Notes under the pieces: generated by a model
The model's input: only the letters and a program-made list of their open reading frames with translations
The model's database searches: none
Told to the model about the DNA's origin: nothing
Translations under genes and position numbers: made by a program
From: Mytilus trossulus
Taxonomy: Eukaryota
Direction of reading: 5' to 3'
DNA length: 64,000 nucleotides
Assembly (NCBI RefSeq): GCF_036588685.1
Contig: NC_086373.1
Span: forward strand, 99,696,001 to 99,760,000
Shown here: one piece after another, positions 52,231 to 64,000 of the stretch
Layout of the letters: each line of letters begins with the position of its first letter
Position numbering within the stretch: the first letter of the stretch is position 1

Positions 52231-55200
52231 CTTTGATTGTAACTATATAGTTCTTCTACTTTCTTAATGTTTATCAGACCATTTTAGTGATTTGTATTGT
52301 TTTTCTCTGTTTATCGTATTTTTTTGCACCAAACAATAGCATATTTGACAATATTTTGACAAAAGGGTAGGCATGTATCATTATAATTATTCATAAAATT
52401 TTATTGACATATATATATGTAATCTGTCTGCTGTGTAGTTCGTTGTATATTTTAAAATATGTTAACTATATTTTCACCAGGTTATAAAGGTTAAACTTTG
52501 GGATAGATAGTTCCTGTGTGTTTTTAGTTACAAGAAAGATCGAAGATCGGATCGTTTCTCAGGTTTTGAGTTCAATAACATTATGCATATTTTTGACTGC
52601 TTTTCTGTCCTTTACCTTACATCATATATAAAGGCAACATTAGACCAGTATACTGCTGTTCAAAAGTCATAAATCGATTGACAAAACCGGCTAACAAACT
52701 AAAACTGAGGGAAACGCATCAAATATAAGAGGGAAACAACGAAACATTTTAACAGTGCAACTGAAAAAAAACCGACTATGCAACTAATATTCCAAATTTG
52801 AGCTGTTTTACTTAAGGTTTTATCTATTATTGTAAACGTTTAAAGAGCTATGAATAAGTGTTGTCAATGATAGGTTTTCTATTGGAAAAAAAATGTATCT
52901 TTCTTTTAATAATATTCATGTTCTAGGAATTGTAATGGTTCATGTAAACTTTTGAGTTTGCCAATGATCATTATCTTTTTAACACGCAGTTGTTGTTTAC
53001 TTGTACGCAGTTGAGCTAAAAATGACACGAAATTGACTCTCGTGTAAATATACATGCATTTGCAATGGCATCAACACTATACCACATGTTGTCTCATACA
53101 AACAAACTAAAAAACATCCAAATAAGAGGTCTTACAAACTACTAACTTAGCAAAAAGAAGATACAAAATCTCACGTGAGAACCTGCAATAAAATCCAGCT
53201 TCAACTATACATCGATAAGAATACGTTATAAATTCGTATACGTAATTTTGCATACAAATCGAATCAATTGATCGAGAAAAAATAACTCAAACTTTGCCAA
53301 GTACGGAAATAACCTGAAAGATAATAAAAATATGTATAATGTCCCAGAAATAATTAAAGGCAATGTTTTTTTCGTGAATTTTAAGTTTAAACAGGCTGGC
53401 TATTTCAGATTGATTGATACCAATGTCCATTGCGTCAGTCAATCTTCAAACGCAACAGAAAAAGCTAAAAGAAGGAGATGGCCATTTCAATAGGAAATTG
53501 TTGCTAAAATTATGATCAGTTTCTATATTGAGAACGATCTTGACATGTATTGATGTAACAATGTCACAAACAGAAACTGTAATGGACCTAATCAATATGT
53601 CTCACACATTACAAATGTAGTAGATGTTTATCAACTCATTTTGTTATAACTGTTATGTTATCACTGGTATATTAGTCAACTAGCTATGTAATTTAAGGTC
53701 TGGTAATTAACAGAAGTTTTAATTTCCAAAATCACAACAAAATCTCGTCTGACATTTACGGTCTTTGTACGTTTGTTTTATTCTCTTATTGGACACACCA
53801 GTAGTTTCTCGAAAGGCGACAGGCAATAACAATAAATTAACACCTTTTCTCTCTATTTTGCTATCTTTTATTATTTATGAATATTTTTAGACATTCGTTA
53901 ATGTCTCCATTTTCTAACTGACATGTTCATTTGTGTATCGTTTGTTTTTAATTGTTTGTTTCCATTTGTACTGATCAAAACTGCGAATAGCGTCAAGGAG
54001 ATTTAATGTCATCATTGTCTCAAAAGCTGCCGTAGTTCCAATAATGGCGATTTACGCAATAGTCATAGTTTAAATTCTTATTTCAAGGTGTGAATAGTTT
54101 TTGATTTCATTCGTCAGAGTTTCATTAATATTTCCTTTGTTTTGTGACTTCAAAATTTTAGTTTACGTATTTAGTTCACAAAGTGTTTTTCGATAATCAT
54201 AACTGTCGCATCATTTTCAAACATTTATTTACGTCAATGTGTAAATTTGAACAATGAAATACAAATAGCCTTGGTGGGCAGCTTTCTTTTACAAAAACCG
54301 ATTTAACGTGAAAATAAAACCTATATGTAGATGACATGTTTCATTAAGTAAATAATCATGCTTCGTGTATGTATGTACCACTACGAAAATCATAACTGCC
54401 ATAGAAAAACTGCAATCAGTGTTCGTATGGAGGCATGTTTATTCTGGATAATGTCATAACTTTATACAGTACCAGCAACAAATGTCACAGAACTGGCACG
54501 TGGTCGTAATGAGTTTAATGATGCAAGTTTCAGCATCTGGAATTAGATGTGTATAAGATATTTTTTATTTTTTATGTTCTATTTTAGGTAACTATTTAAG
54601 AGAGAGTATGACCGTGATCTGTTTTCTTTAATTCTGTTTTAAGTTAATCGGATACAGTGATTTCAAAACGAAATATACGAGAGATTTGGTGCAATAACAA
54701 AAGTGAAAAAAATCTAAAGAGGGAAGAAAGAAAAAACTACAGAGGAAAGAAAAAAAGTACAGAGGACAAAAATAAAATTAAAAAAAACACGGTTCATTTT
54801 TCATTGAAATTGTGGCTAGTTTCTGGTAAAAATTCAGTCGCAGCATGAGGCTGTCTGACATGTTCTTTACAATGATCGGCTAATCACACATGTAACAAGC
54901 TTTATATATGATATATCGTCCATTGTCGAATCAAATTGTGAAGAGGCCCCAAATGTATGACATAAATACCTGTCAAATAAAAAAACAAACAAAAGAACAC
55001 ACACCGCAAATGACTCAGATTTCTCTTTCCAAGATATAACTTACAGAAGAAAATGTCCTGAGTATACCCCAAGTGAAAAATTTAAAACAGTGTTAGCTTA
55101 GCAACGAAAAAATTTTGGTAAAATACTTATTAATACCCATATTGATTGATGAGAAAACAGATGTGTGCAACGAAAAGTAAAATTATATTTCTTTGACAAA

Positions 55201-55544
55201 TATACCGTAACAAATTTGTAATAAACAATGTTCCTGTTCATTTCATTGAGGATTACTGTATCAAAAAGGCTGTGAAGAACGTTGATTACATAATAAAGGA
55301 ATGAGTTGGTGTTTAACACTACTTTCAGCATTCCAGACTATATCGTTTTTTATTGATAGATGTTACTGGAGTGACCGGAGAGAACAATCGACCATCGACA
55401 ATCTATTGAATAAGCCTGACTAGTAGGCCTTAAACCAACACTTGGAATCAAGATATTTAGAATTATTTCATCAATTTCAATATTGACAATACGTGATAAT
55501 TGAATTATAGTTATGTTACTACTAAAGAATATGTTTTAAACAAA

Positions 55545-56910
55545 ATAACAAAACGTTTGGAATCATCAAACACAAAAGTGCATTTAACATTATAGATTCA
55601 GCAAACTTAAAAGAGCATAAAACGTTTGGGATTATCAAACACATAAATGTATTTAACATTATAGGTTCAGCAAACTCAAAAGTGCATAAAACGTTTGGGA
55701 TTATCAAACACAAAAGTGCATAAAACGTTTGGGATTATCAAACACAAAAGTGCATAAAACATTATTGGGTCGGTAAACTCAGAAGAGCCTTTTTTTTTTT
55801 TTTTTTTTTTATTTGGTCGGGTTGTTGTCTCTTTGACACATTCCCCATTTCCATTCTCAATTTTATTAAATAAAAGCAACAGTAGTATACCGCTGTTCAA
55901 ACTCATAATTCAATGGACAAAAAAAGAATCGAGGTAACAAAATAAAACCGAGCATTAAATATAAGAGGAGAACAACGACACAACACTAAAATGTAACACA
56001 CACAGAAACGAACCAAGCATCAGACGAAATCCTACGAGAATAACAAATATAAAATCAAAACCAAATACATGAATTTGGGATAGAGAAGTACCGTGACACG
56101 TCTTATCGCAATGTGAATTAAAACGTTTGGGATAATCAAACACAAAAGTGCATTAAACACACACAGAAACGGACCAAGCATCAGACAAAATCACACGAGA
56201 ATAACAAATACAACATCAAAACCAAATACATGAATTTGGAATAAACAAGTACCGTGACACGTCTTATCGCAATGTAAATTAAAACGTTTGGGATCATCAA
56301 ACACATAAGTGCATAAAACATTACAAGGCCAGCAAACTCAAAAGGACATAAAACGTTTGGAATCATCAAACACAAAAGTGCATAAAACGTTTGGGATCAT
56401 CAAACACATAAGTGCATAAGACATTATAGGATCAACAAACTCAAAAGGACATAAAACGTTTGGGATCATTAAACACAAAAGTGCATAAAACACAAAAGAA
56501 CATGAAACGTTATAAGTTAAACAAACTCAAAAGAACATAAAAAGTTTGGGATCATCAAACACAAAAGTGCATAAAACGTTTGGGATCATCAAACACATAA
56601 GTGCATAAGACATTATAGGATCAACAAACTCAAAAGGACATAAAACGTTTGGGATCATTAAAAACAAAAATGCATAAAACACAAAAAAACATGAAACGTT
56701 ATAAGATAAACAAACTCAAAAGAACATAAAAAGTTTGGGATCATCAAACACAAAAGGGCATAAAACATTATAGGATCAGCAAACTCAAAAGAAAATAACA
56801 CATTTGGTATCATCAAACACATAAGTGCATAAAACATTACAGGGCCAGCAAACTCAAAAGAACATAAAGTTTGGGAACATTAAACACAAAAAAATAAACT
56901 TTTGGATCAT
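55545..56910. repeat. composite ~34-bp minisatellite array with embedded TE fragments
   Basis: Alternating units aaaacgtttgggatcatcaaacacaaaagtgcat and aaaacattataggatcagcaaactcaaaag, interrupted at 55790-56280. Confidence 0.9.
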
Positions 56911-59439
56911 CAACCTCGAAACAAATTAATAAAATTGAGAATAGAAATGGGGAATGTGTCAAAGATACAACAACCCGACAAAATAAAAAAACAACAACAG
57001 AAGGTCACCAACAGGTCTTCAATGTAGCGAGAAATTTCCGCACCCGGAGACGTCCTTCAGCTGGCTATTAAAATCAAGAAACCCAAAAGTACATACATGT
57101 ACAAACTTTGAATTATCAAACCCACAAGGATTTCAACAAAGCAGGAAACAACGTTAATTTTGGTCATTGGATTTTTACGTTCTTTGAGTATAAGTTCAAA
57201 AATTGGAAATAGGAATGAAACTTCATAAAGAAAAACTACAAAATCTAGTACTGTGTATTTTCCAAGTTTTAAAAGCTAACAGCTTTAACAGCCGTTTTAA
57301 GATATATCAAGACAAACAAAAAAACATTTTATTGGAGAGATAGCCATACAGAATTTACAATAGAGTTAATAGATAGAATTTCATAAAGTCATTGAAACCT
57401 ACAGAGATAAAGTAAATTTTTCTTATAAGGACATACTATCATAAATCTGACAGACGGTTTTGGAGCATATATCCTATAAAATTGAGAATGAGGAATATGT
57501 CAAAGAGACACCAACCCAACCATAGAACAGACAACAGCAGAAGGTCACCAACAGGTCTTTATTGTATCGAGAAATTCCCACACTCGGAGGCGTCCTTCAC
57601 CTATGCATCATTTAAACTATAAACATTAGAATTTCAAAGAACAAAGTAACATTTGGAGGTACCAACTTGGCAATCAGTAGCTTTTTTTCGAAAGACAGGA
57701 AAGCGAGTTCAAGATAAACACTAACATCTACATCAACATCGTACAAAGAAACTGAATAAATCATCTCCGGATAAATAGCAGTTAACATTTAAAAAACTGA
57801 TTTAGTCACCGAACATTGTTGGTGGGTCTTTGCCTAAAAAAGAATAGTGCGATAATTTGGATTTGTTTCAATCAAACTGTTCGTCTGTAAAACGCACATA
57901 TATGTTAAATACATGTTTGCAGATTCAGAGGTAGATGCAATATTTTATTATAGTCTCAATACCCGTAATACAGAGTATATACACAATATATTACAGACAT
58001 CATACAAATATAAAATATAAGCACATTCTTTTAATGTTTGGAAAAAAGTAAAATAACTAAAAGACCGAATTCCGTGGAAAACTTCAAATGGAAGGTCTCT
58101 AAGCAAATGGCATAACGAAAATTATCAAACACATCAGACGAATTGATAATATCGTCATAATCCTGACATGTATCATTTGATATTCTAGCAAGCATATTTT
58201 CCCTGTGTAATTTGCTATTAAAAATCGACAAACGGAATACAGATATCATAAACATTTGCCTAAATTTGACCACCATTTTAAAGATATATTATAGAAGTTT
58301 AACGGAATTATCTATAGAAATCTAAAACATGTGGGGATTAGCACAATGGATGTATTTAAAATGGTTAAAAAGCAACTATGGAAATACGTCAATAAGTAAT
58401 TTAATAATTTAAAGAAATACTAAAATGATATTCATTATTGAGATGTTCTGCAATGAAGAATTAAGTACAGCTAATTCTTGGCACTGCACGGTATCGTGTT
58501 TTACCTGTTCTATTTGTGACGATGTTTTATAAAACCTGCTATTAAGTACAACAACCGATTACTAGACTCCACGAGTCAAACAAGGTCAGTGACCAACAGG
58601 AATATGACAGGTATTTTTCACTTGGTTGGTTGATAACCGTGTTATGTTGTCGTTTTTTGTAGACTTAGAATAGAGAAAGAGACAACAACCCGATCAAAGA
58701 TAGGCCACAAAAGGGTCTCCAATGCTTAAATACATTCTGCACCCGAAGTCTTCGGCTTGTCCCTTAACAACAATGCTTACAAGTTCAGCAAAAAAGACAC
58801 CACATTACAATAAAAACCACACACAAAGACCAACATAGGATAAAGGTTCCACAAGTACTATAGACTCAAAATGTGGCGGTGTAAAACATTATGTGTGAGC
58901 TCAATCACCTCTCACACTTGTTAAATAAACACACACACACAGCAAAACGCACATCCATGTAGAGCAGAGTTTGATAGAAGTCCGAGTCCGATGTTAGAAT
59001 AGGTAACAGAAGGAATTAAGCAAAATGACAATGATAAATATTAATTTACAAAAGGCTTCTAGTATTTACAAACATATGCCAGTTCCAGAAATCAATTGAA
59101 CTGATTGAGAGATTTTGTCTTTATCATATGAAAATCAAGCAAATCCCTCCCATCATAAATCATACGAGAAAACACTTCCCCAATCAGGCCAACAACTTCT
59201 TTTAGAATAAATGTGTTTATTTTCGATGCAAAGACCCTATAATATTAATTCCAAAAGATACCATCTTTAATGACTTGAAAACAGTATCGTAACCATATCC
59301 CTTGTGTATGGTTCTGTTTAAATGTTTGGTTAGCTTTTTCAGGTGAATGACGACATTTTATTTTGGTGATTTGTATAGAATATTGCCATTAAAGCCGAGA
59401 TGTGAAATCTCTGCCATAAAATATGCCTACACGTTGATT

Positions 59440-61270
59440 TTTTTATAATTACCGATCTTTTTACACGATTCATTGCTATTGTTTGACTACTCTTTATATC
59501 TAAATCATTGCTGTTAATATACTCATCTTTATAATTGATTCATTGCTGTTCCATTTTACACTGTGTTACCGAATCATTTAAGTTTAAAGACAACTCCTTT
59601 TAATTGAATAACTGTTGTTTTGACTACTCTCTATTACTGATTATTTGCTGTTGACAGAAAAATCTTTATAACCTATTCATTGGTGTTTATAGACCACTAT
59701 TTATAAACGATTCATTGTTATTGATAGACAAATCTCTGTTACCGACTCTTTTATGTTGATAGACAATTCCGATTATGAACTGCTGCCAATAGACAACTCT
59801 TTGCTACCTATTCATTGCTGTTGACTATTCTGTATAACTGAGTAACTGCTGTTATTAGACTATTCTTTATATTCTATTCATTTTCGATGATAGACAATTC
59901 TGTTACCGATTATAAACTGATGTCACTAGACAACTCTTTGCTATCTATTCAATGATGTTGATAGACTATTCTTTATAACCGAGTAGTTACTGTTAATAGA
60001 CTATTCTTTATATTCTATTAATTTTTTGATGATAGACAATTCTGTTACCGATTATAAACTGCTGTCCACTCTTTGTTACCTTTTCATTCTTATCGTTTGA
60101 CCACTCTTTATAACCGATTAATTGATGTTGTAAGACAATTCTTTATAATATATTCATTGGTGTTGATAGACCACGATTGATAAACGATTCATTGCTGTTA
60201 ATATACTATCCTTTATTCCTATTCTATGCATTGTTGTTCATAGACAGTTCTGTAAGACTACTATCATATAATCAATTCATTACTGTTGTAAGATTTCTCT
60301 TTGTGTAACGAATTCATTGCCGAAGTTAGACTACTCTTTATATCTTATTCTTTGCTGCTGAAAAACAATTCTTTATATTCCATTCATTGGTGTTGTTAGA
60401 CAACTATTTATTACCGAGTCATTGCGGTTAATAAGCTATATTTGAAGTCTTCATAATCTGATCATTGGTGTCAGTATGATACCGGCTATGTTCTTCTCAG
60501 ACATTTTATAATGGTATGTCTAGAGCTGGCATGTCAGGAATTGCTAGTAGTCCTTTATTTATGTACTTGTCATTGTAATATGACTAAGTATTTGACATCG
60601 GACTCGGACTTCTTTTGAAATTACTTTGCTGTGATTATTGCTTTTTTTCCCCCTTTAATTTACATTGGTTAGAGGTATAGTGGAGGTTGAAACATCACAA
60701 AACATGTTTAACCCCGCCGCATTTTTTGCAAGATGCCTCTGGCCTTTGTAAGTCTTGTATGTTTTTTAAATTTAGTTCATTTATATGTTTTTGAGGTTAG
60801 TGCGACGTTCATTTTCCCTGAACTAGTACACATTTTTATTTTGAGTGAGGTGCTTCTCCGGGTGCGGGAATATCTCGCTGCGTTGGAGGCCCATCAATAA
60901 CCATCGTTTTTCATCTACTTTTTGATTGGGTTGTTTGTCTTTTTCATATATTAAACATTGCCATTCTAAAATGTAATTCTTTGTTACCTATTCATTGCTG
61001 TTGATAGACAATTCGCTGTTATCGACTCGTTGCTTTTGATAAACTACTTTTTAACCGATTTATTGCTGTAGATAGACACTCTTTTTTTTTACCGATGCAT
61101 TGTTATTAATATACTATTCTATATAACTGACATTGCTATTGATATCATTTGACAATTCTTTGTTACCGAATCATTTTAGTTTATATACAATTCTTTGTAA
61201 TTGATTCGCTGTTGTTGAAAGATAACTCTTTATGACTCTTTTGTATAACTGATACAATTTTTTTAGACAA
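59440..61270. repeat. highly degenerate ~35-40-bp minisatellite split by an interspersed-repeat insertion (60440-60975)
   Basis: Recurrent gatagacaattct..ttaccgattcattgctgtt on both sides of the insertion. Confidence 0.8.
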
Positions 61271-61304
61271 CTTTTTGTGACACACATCGTTGTACATATA
61301 ATGG

Positions 61305-61775
61305 AAAAAGTAAAAACACAAAAATACTAAACTCAAAGGAAAATTCAAAAAGGAAAATCAAAAATCAAAAGGTAAAATCAAAAGTCAAAACACATAAAAC
61401 GAATGAATAACAACTGTCATATTCCTGACTTGGTACAGGCATTTTCTAATGTAGAAAATGGTGGATTGAACCTGGTTTTATAGCTAGCTAAACCTCTCAC
61501 TTTTATGACAGTCGCATCATATTCCATTACATTGTCAACGATGAATGAACAAAACAATGTGATACGACTGTAATACAAGTGAGAGGTTTACCGGTATAAA
61601 ACCAAGTTCAATCCATCATTTTCTACATTTAAAAATGCTTGTACCATTTCAGGAATGTGGCAGTTGTTGTCCATTCGTTTGATGTGTTTTATCGTTTGAT
61701 TTTGTCATTTGATTGGGAAATTTCCATTTAGTTTAGAATTTTCCTCGGAGATCAGTATTTTTGTGATTTTACTTT
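61305..61775. mobile_element. two copies of the same family in inverted, head-to-head arrangement
   Basis: 61305-61515 is the diverged reverse complement of 61565-61775. Confidence 0.85.
61411..61513 (-). ncRNA. best-preserved twister-like (P5-type permuted) structured RNA motif
   Basis: gactgtcata-aaa-gtga-GAGGT-ttagctagcta-taa-aaccaggtt-CAA-tcc-AC-cattttcta(cat)tagaaaatg-cctgTACCAAGTcagg-aa-tatgacagtt. The P5, P3 and P4 helices and both pseudoknot pairings can be drawn. Confidence 0.55.
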
Positions 61776-62464
61776 TCAAAGAGTAACTCATATACAACCT
61801 TGCTATACTTAAATAATTCCACTAGGTTATGTCTCATGTGGAAATGAGTGTTAATAGACGATAAGGTGTATCGATTCATTGTTTTGATAGACAACTCTTT
61901 TGTAATATTAATTGTTGTAATATATTTGAAAAGTATTTGGAAAAGAGTTGATTTATCAGATCTGTATGAAAAACACGAAAACAAGACCAAAAAAATCCAC
62001 AAAGCACCGATCAAATAGAACTCGCAGCTACAAATCAAAAAAACAGTATCAACTAGTAAATAATGTTAACCAACATTAAAACGTCATCAGTCAGTAAATA
62101 TCCAACGGATTTTAAATAATGACGTCATAAACAGTCTGAATGAGACGTGACCTAGTGCAGTACCAAAATATACATTAAAAGTATCGGCAAGGTGTGAGAT
62201 AATAAATGTTGACTATTTTTAACAAAACATACTTGGCCATGTTTTAATCCTAATTTTTATTGGATTTCTACCGAATTGTAGTACCTTAGAATTTAGTTAA
62301 GATTTTAGTAAGTATACTTTTTGTATAGAGAAATTGAAAAATCCAAGTACAATTTCATTTTTTATTTTTAATATTCAAAGACAAAAGACTAAGTTTCATC
62401 CAATATTGATGTAATTTGATAGAGCTTTGTCCAGATCATGGTAGAATGTGTAAATTATTCAAGT

Positions 62465-62612
62465 AAGTCGTAAGGTGTAGGGTTCCTGTCCATGATATTA
62501 TAACATACACCATATAACTTTTGATCCTTTTCTAACATTAAGTCGTAAGGTGTAGGTTTCCTGTCCAAGATATTATAACATACATCATATAACTTTTGAT
62601 CCTTTTCTAACA
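62465..62612. repeat. 75-bp tandem duplication
   Basis: aagtcgtaaggtgtagg.ttcctgtcc...gatccttttctaaca at 62465 and 62540. Confidence 0.9.
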
Positions 62613-62717
62613 CTTACTTATATTATCGATTGACAAGTAATAAAGTTTCAGAAATGATTATGTTTATCAGAATCCAATATGTTTATATATGTTTATAAAC
62701 TATATAATTCCACATAC

Positions 62718-62824
62718 AAGAGTCCATTGTTGAACGACAGGTATTGCTCGCGAAGAAAACATTAAAACAGAAATTGAAGCCTTGACAATGACAACATAGC
62801 TTCATAATTACAGTCTTCAAAATA
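62718..62824 (-). other. candidate 107-nt exon
   Basis: Acceptor tttgaattacag| and donor |gtatgt. Open frame ILKTVIMKLCCHCQGFNFCFNVFFASNTCRSTMDS is phase-compatible with 63608-63705. Confidence 0.3.
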
Positions 62825-63607
62825 CTGTAATTCAAATAGTACACATTGAAGTTTATGTCCCCCCTCGCATACCCCCTCTCCCTCTCTGTCTTTTTTTGGT
62901 CCTCTTGTGCGTCCGAGACATACACCTTCAACAACTTTCCAATTTTCTGACACGCAATTTTATTCATTTTTGTCACATATTATTTTTCTATTCCAATTGA
63001 TTTTTGTGTAATATAAATGTACAAGTATTTTATTGATGTTATTTTCATTTCAAAATGGCCTTTTATTTTATTTTTGACATTTACGTAATATTCAAAATGA
63101 CTCGTCCGTGCATCTTTATATGGATGTTGATTTATCTAGTCGCCTTACTTTAAAATTAAATCCAATTAATTTAAGTTGAAATTAGCACAAAATTATACAC
63201 GAACGACAGGATAACTTTTATTTTATATTTATACGACATGTTTTCAATTTATAATTGGATTTTGATTATCTCCTGTTATAAATCTTTTCTAGAAAGCATT
63301 TCAAGTTTTTATTTTGTCTTCAATGATATCAAAAATTAACCGAAAAAGGTGTTATCTTGTGTCTTGTTGATAAACAACACATATCTTAAGTTTTAGAATG
63401 TAACGTTCGGTTCATGCTCTACTATGGTATCCTAGAAAGTATGTCACATTTTGTCATTTAGTTATGGCTGACTTGAAAACGTAGCAAATCTATAGTTTCA
63501 TTATGTGCTCATAGAAATAGAAAGCATGCATAATATTGAGTTTCGTTATATGTTCATGTTAATCTAGATATATCATTTATCTATATTTAATGTAAACAAA
63601 CACATAC

Positions 63608-63705
63608 CTGTAATTTTCGTTTGCCGCTAAAGAGCGCCTCCTATGTTCCGAAATGACTTTTAAATTCTCCAGCAACATGGTATGAGCTTTATCTCCGTGT
63701 TTCAT
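63608..63705 (-). other. candidate exon
   Basis: MKHGDKAHTMLLENLKVISEHRRRSLAANENY followed by a good donor CAG|gtatgt. Confidence 0.25.
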
Positions 63706-64000
63706 TCTGACAACTGACAGTTCTCCTAAATACGGTCACCAGGTATGTTAGATATACAAATCCTACGCATCATTACTACATGGAATATGTTTCCAATTAA
63801 CACTCACAATTGTAGTCCAAATTTCAATATGAATTTTCTCCAAATAGACAATTTAAAACAATCCTTCTTGCGTCGCTGACTGCAAATAGATTTCATAATC
63901 AGTGCAGAATATACTGTCACTGATGAATTTCGTCAAACCAGACATTCGTTTCACTAATAACTTCAAATGACTGGAATCTGTTTTCAATATCAGAACATAA

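Noticed and set aside
61457-61474. GGTTCAATCC (minus strand) as a tRNA gene or Pol III B-box
   Set aside because: No cloverleaf or clear A-box is present, and the equivalent site is gtttaacc in sister families. A SINE-type promoter role cannot be fully excluded.
874-62976. most 60-137 aa ORFs in the supplied track
   Set aside because: They are low-complexity F/I/L/K-rich translations of AT-rich or repeat DNA, often with non-ATG starts and no recognisable domains.
63915-63945. tcaCTGATGA hammerhead-like core
   Set aside because: No properly placed stem II or GAAA follows.

Overview
AT-rich eukaryotic DNA dominated by repeats, with no intact long ORF, rRNA, tRNA or CRISPR array. The repeat families look like those of a mytilid mussel (Mytilus-like bivalve); this is my inference from recalled repeat sequences, not from a search. 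Recognisable coding relics are a Tc1/mariner transposase C-terminus (1-560) and two decayed Penelope-like reverse-transcriptase elements (9821-10858, 13865-14530). The rest is MITEs (Kolobok-, Harbinger- and Tc1-type), Helentron/HINE-like elements with internal satellites, long-palindrome elements, minisatellites, a ~1.5 kb tandem duplication and a few weak candidate exons on the minus strand. The strongest signal is RNA-structural. (i) At least four otherwise unrelated interspersed repeat families share a covarying, circularly permuted twister-ribozyme-like fold in which P1 appears to be replaced by two short self-complementary segments. (ii) An apparently intact minimal type I hammerhead ribozyme lies at 22538-22581. 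(iii) A decayed ~354-nt tandem hammerhead retrozyme lies next to it. Boundaries of decayed repeats are approximate, and all folds were assigned by eye.
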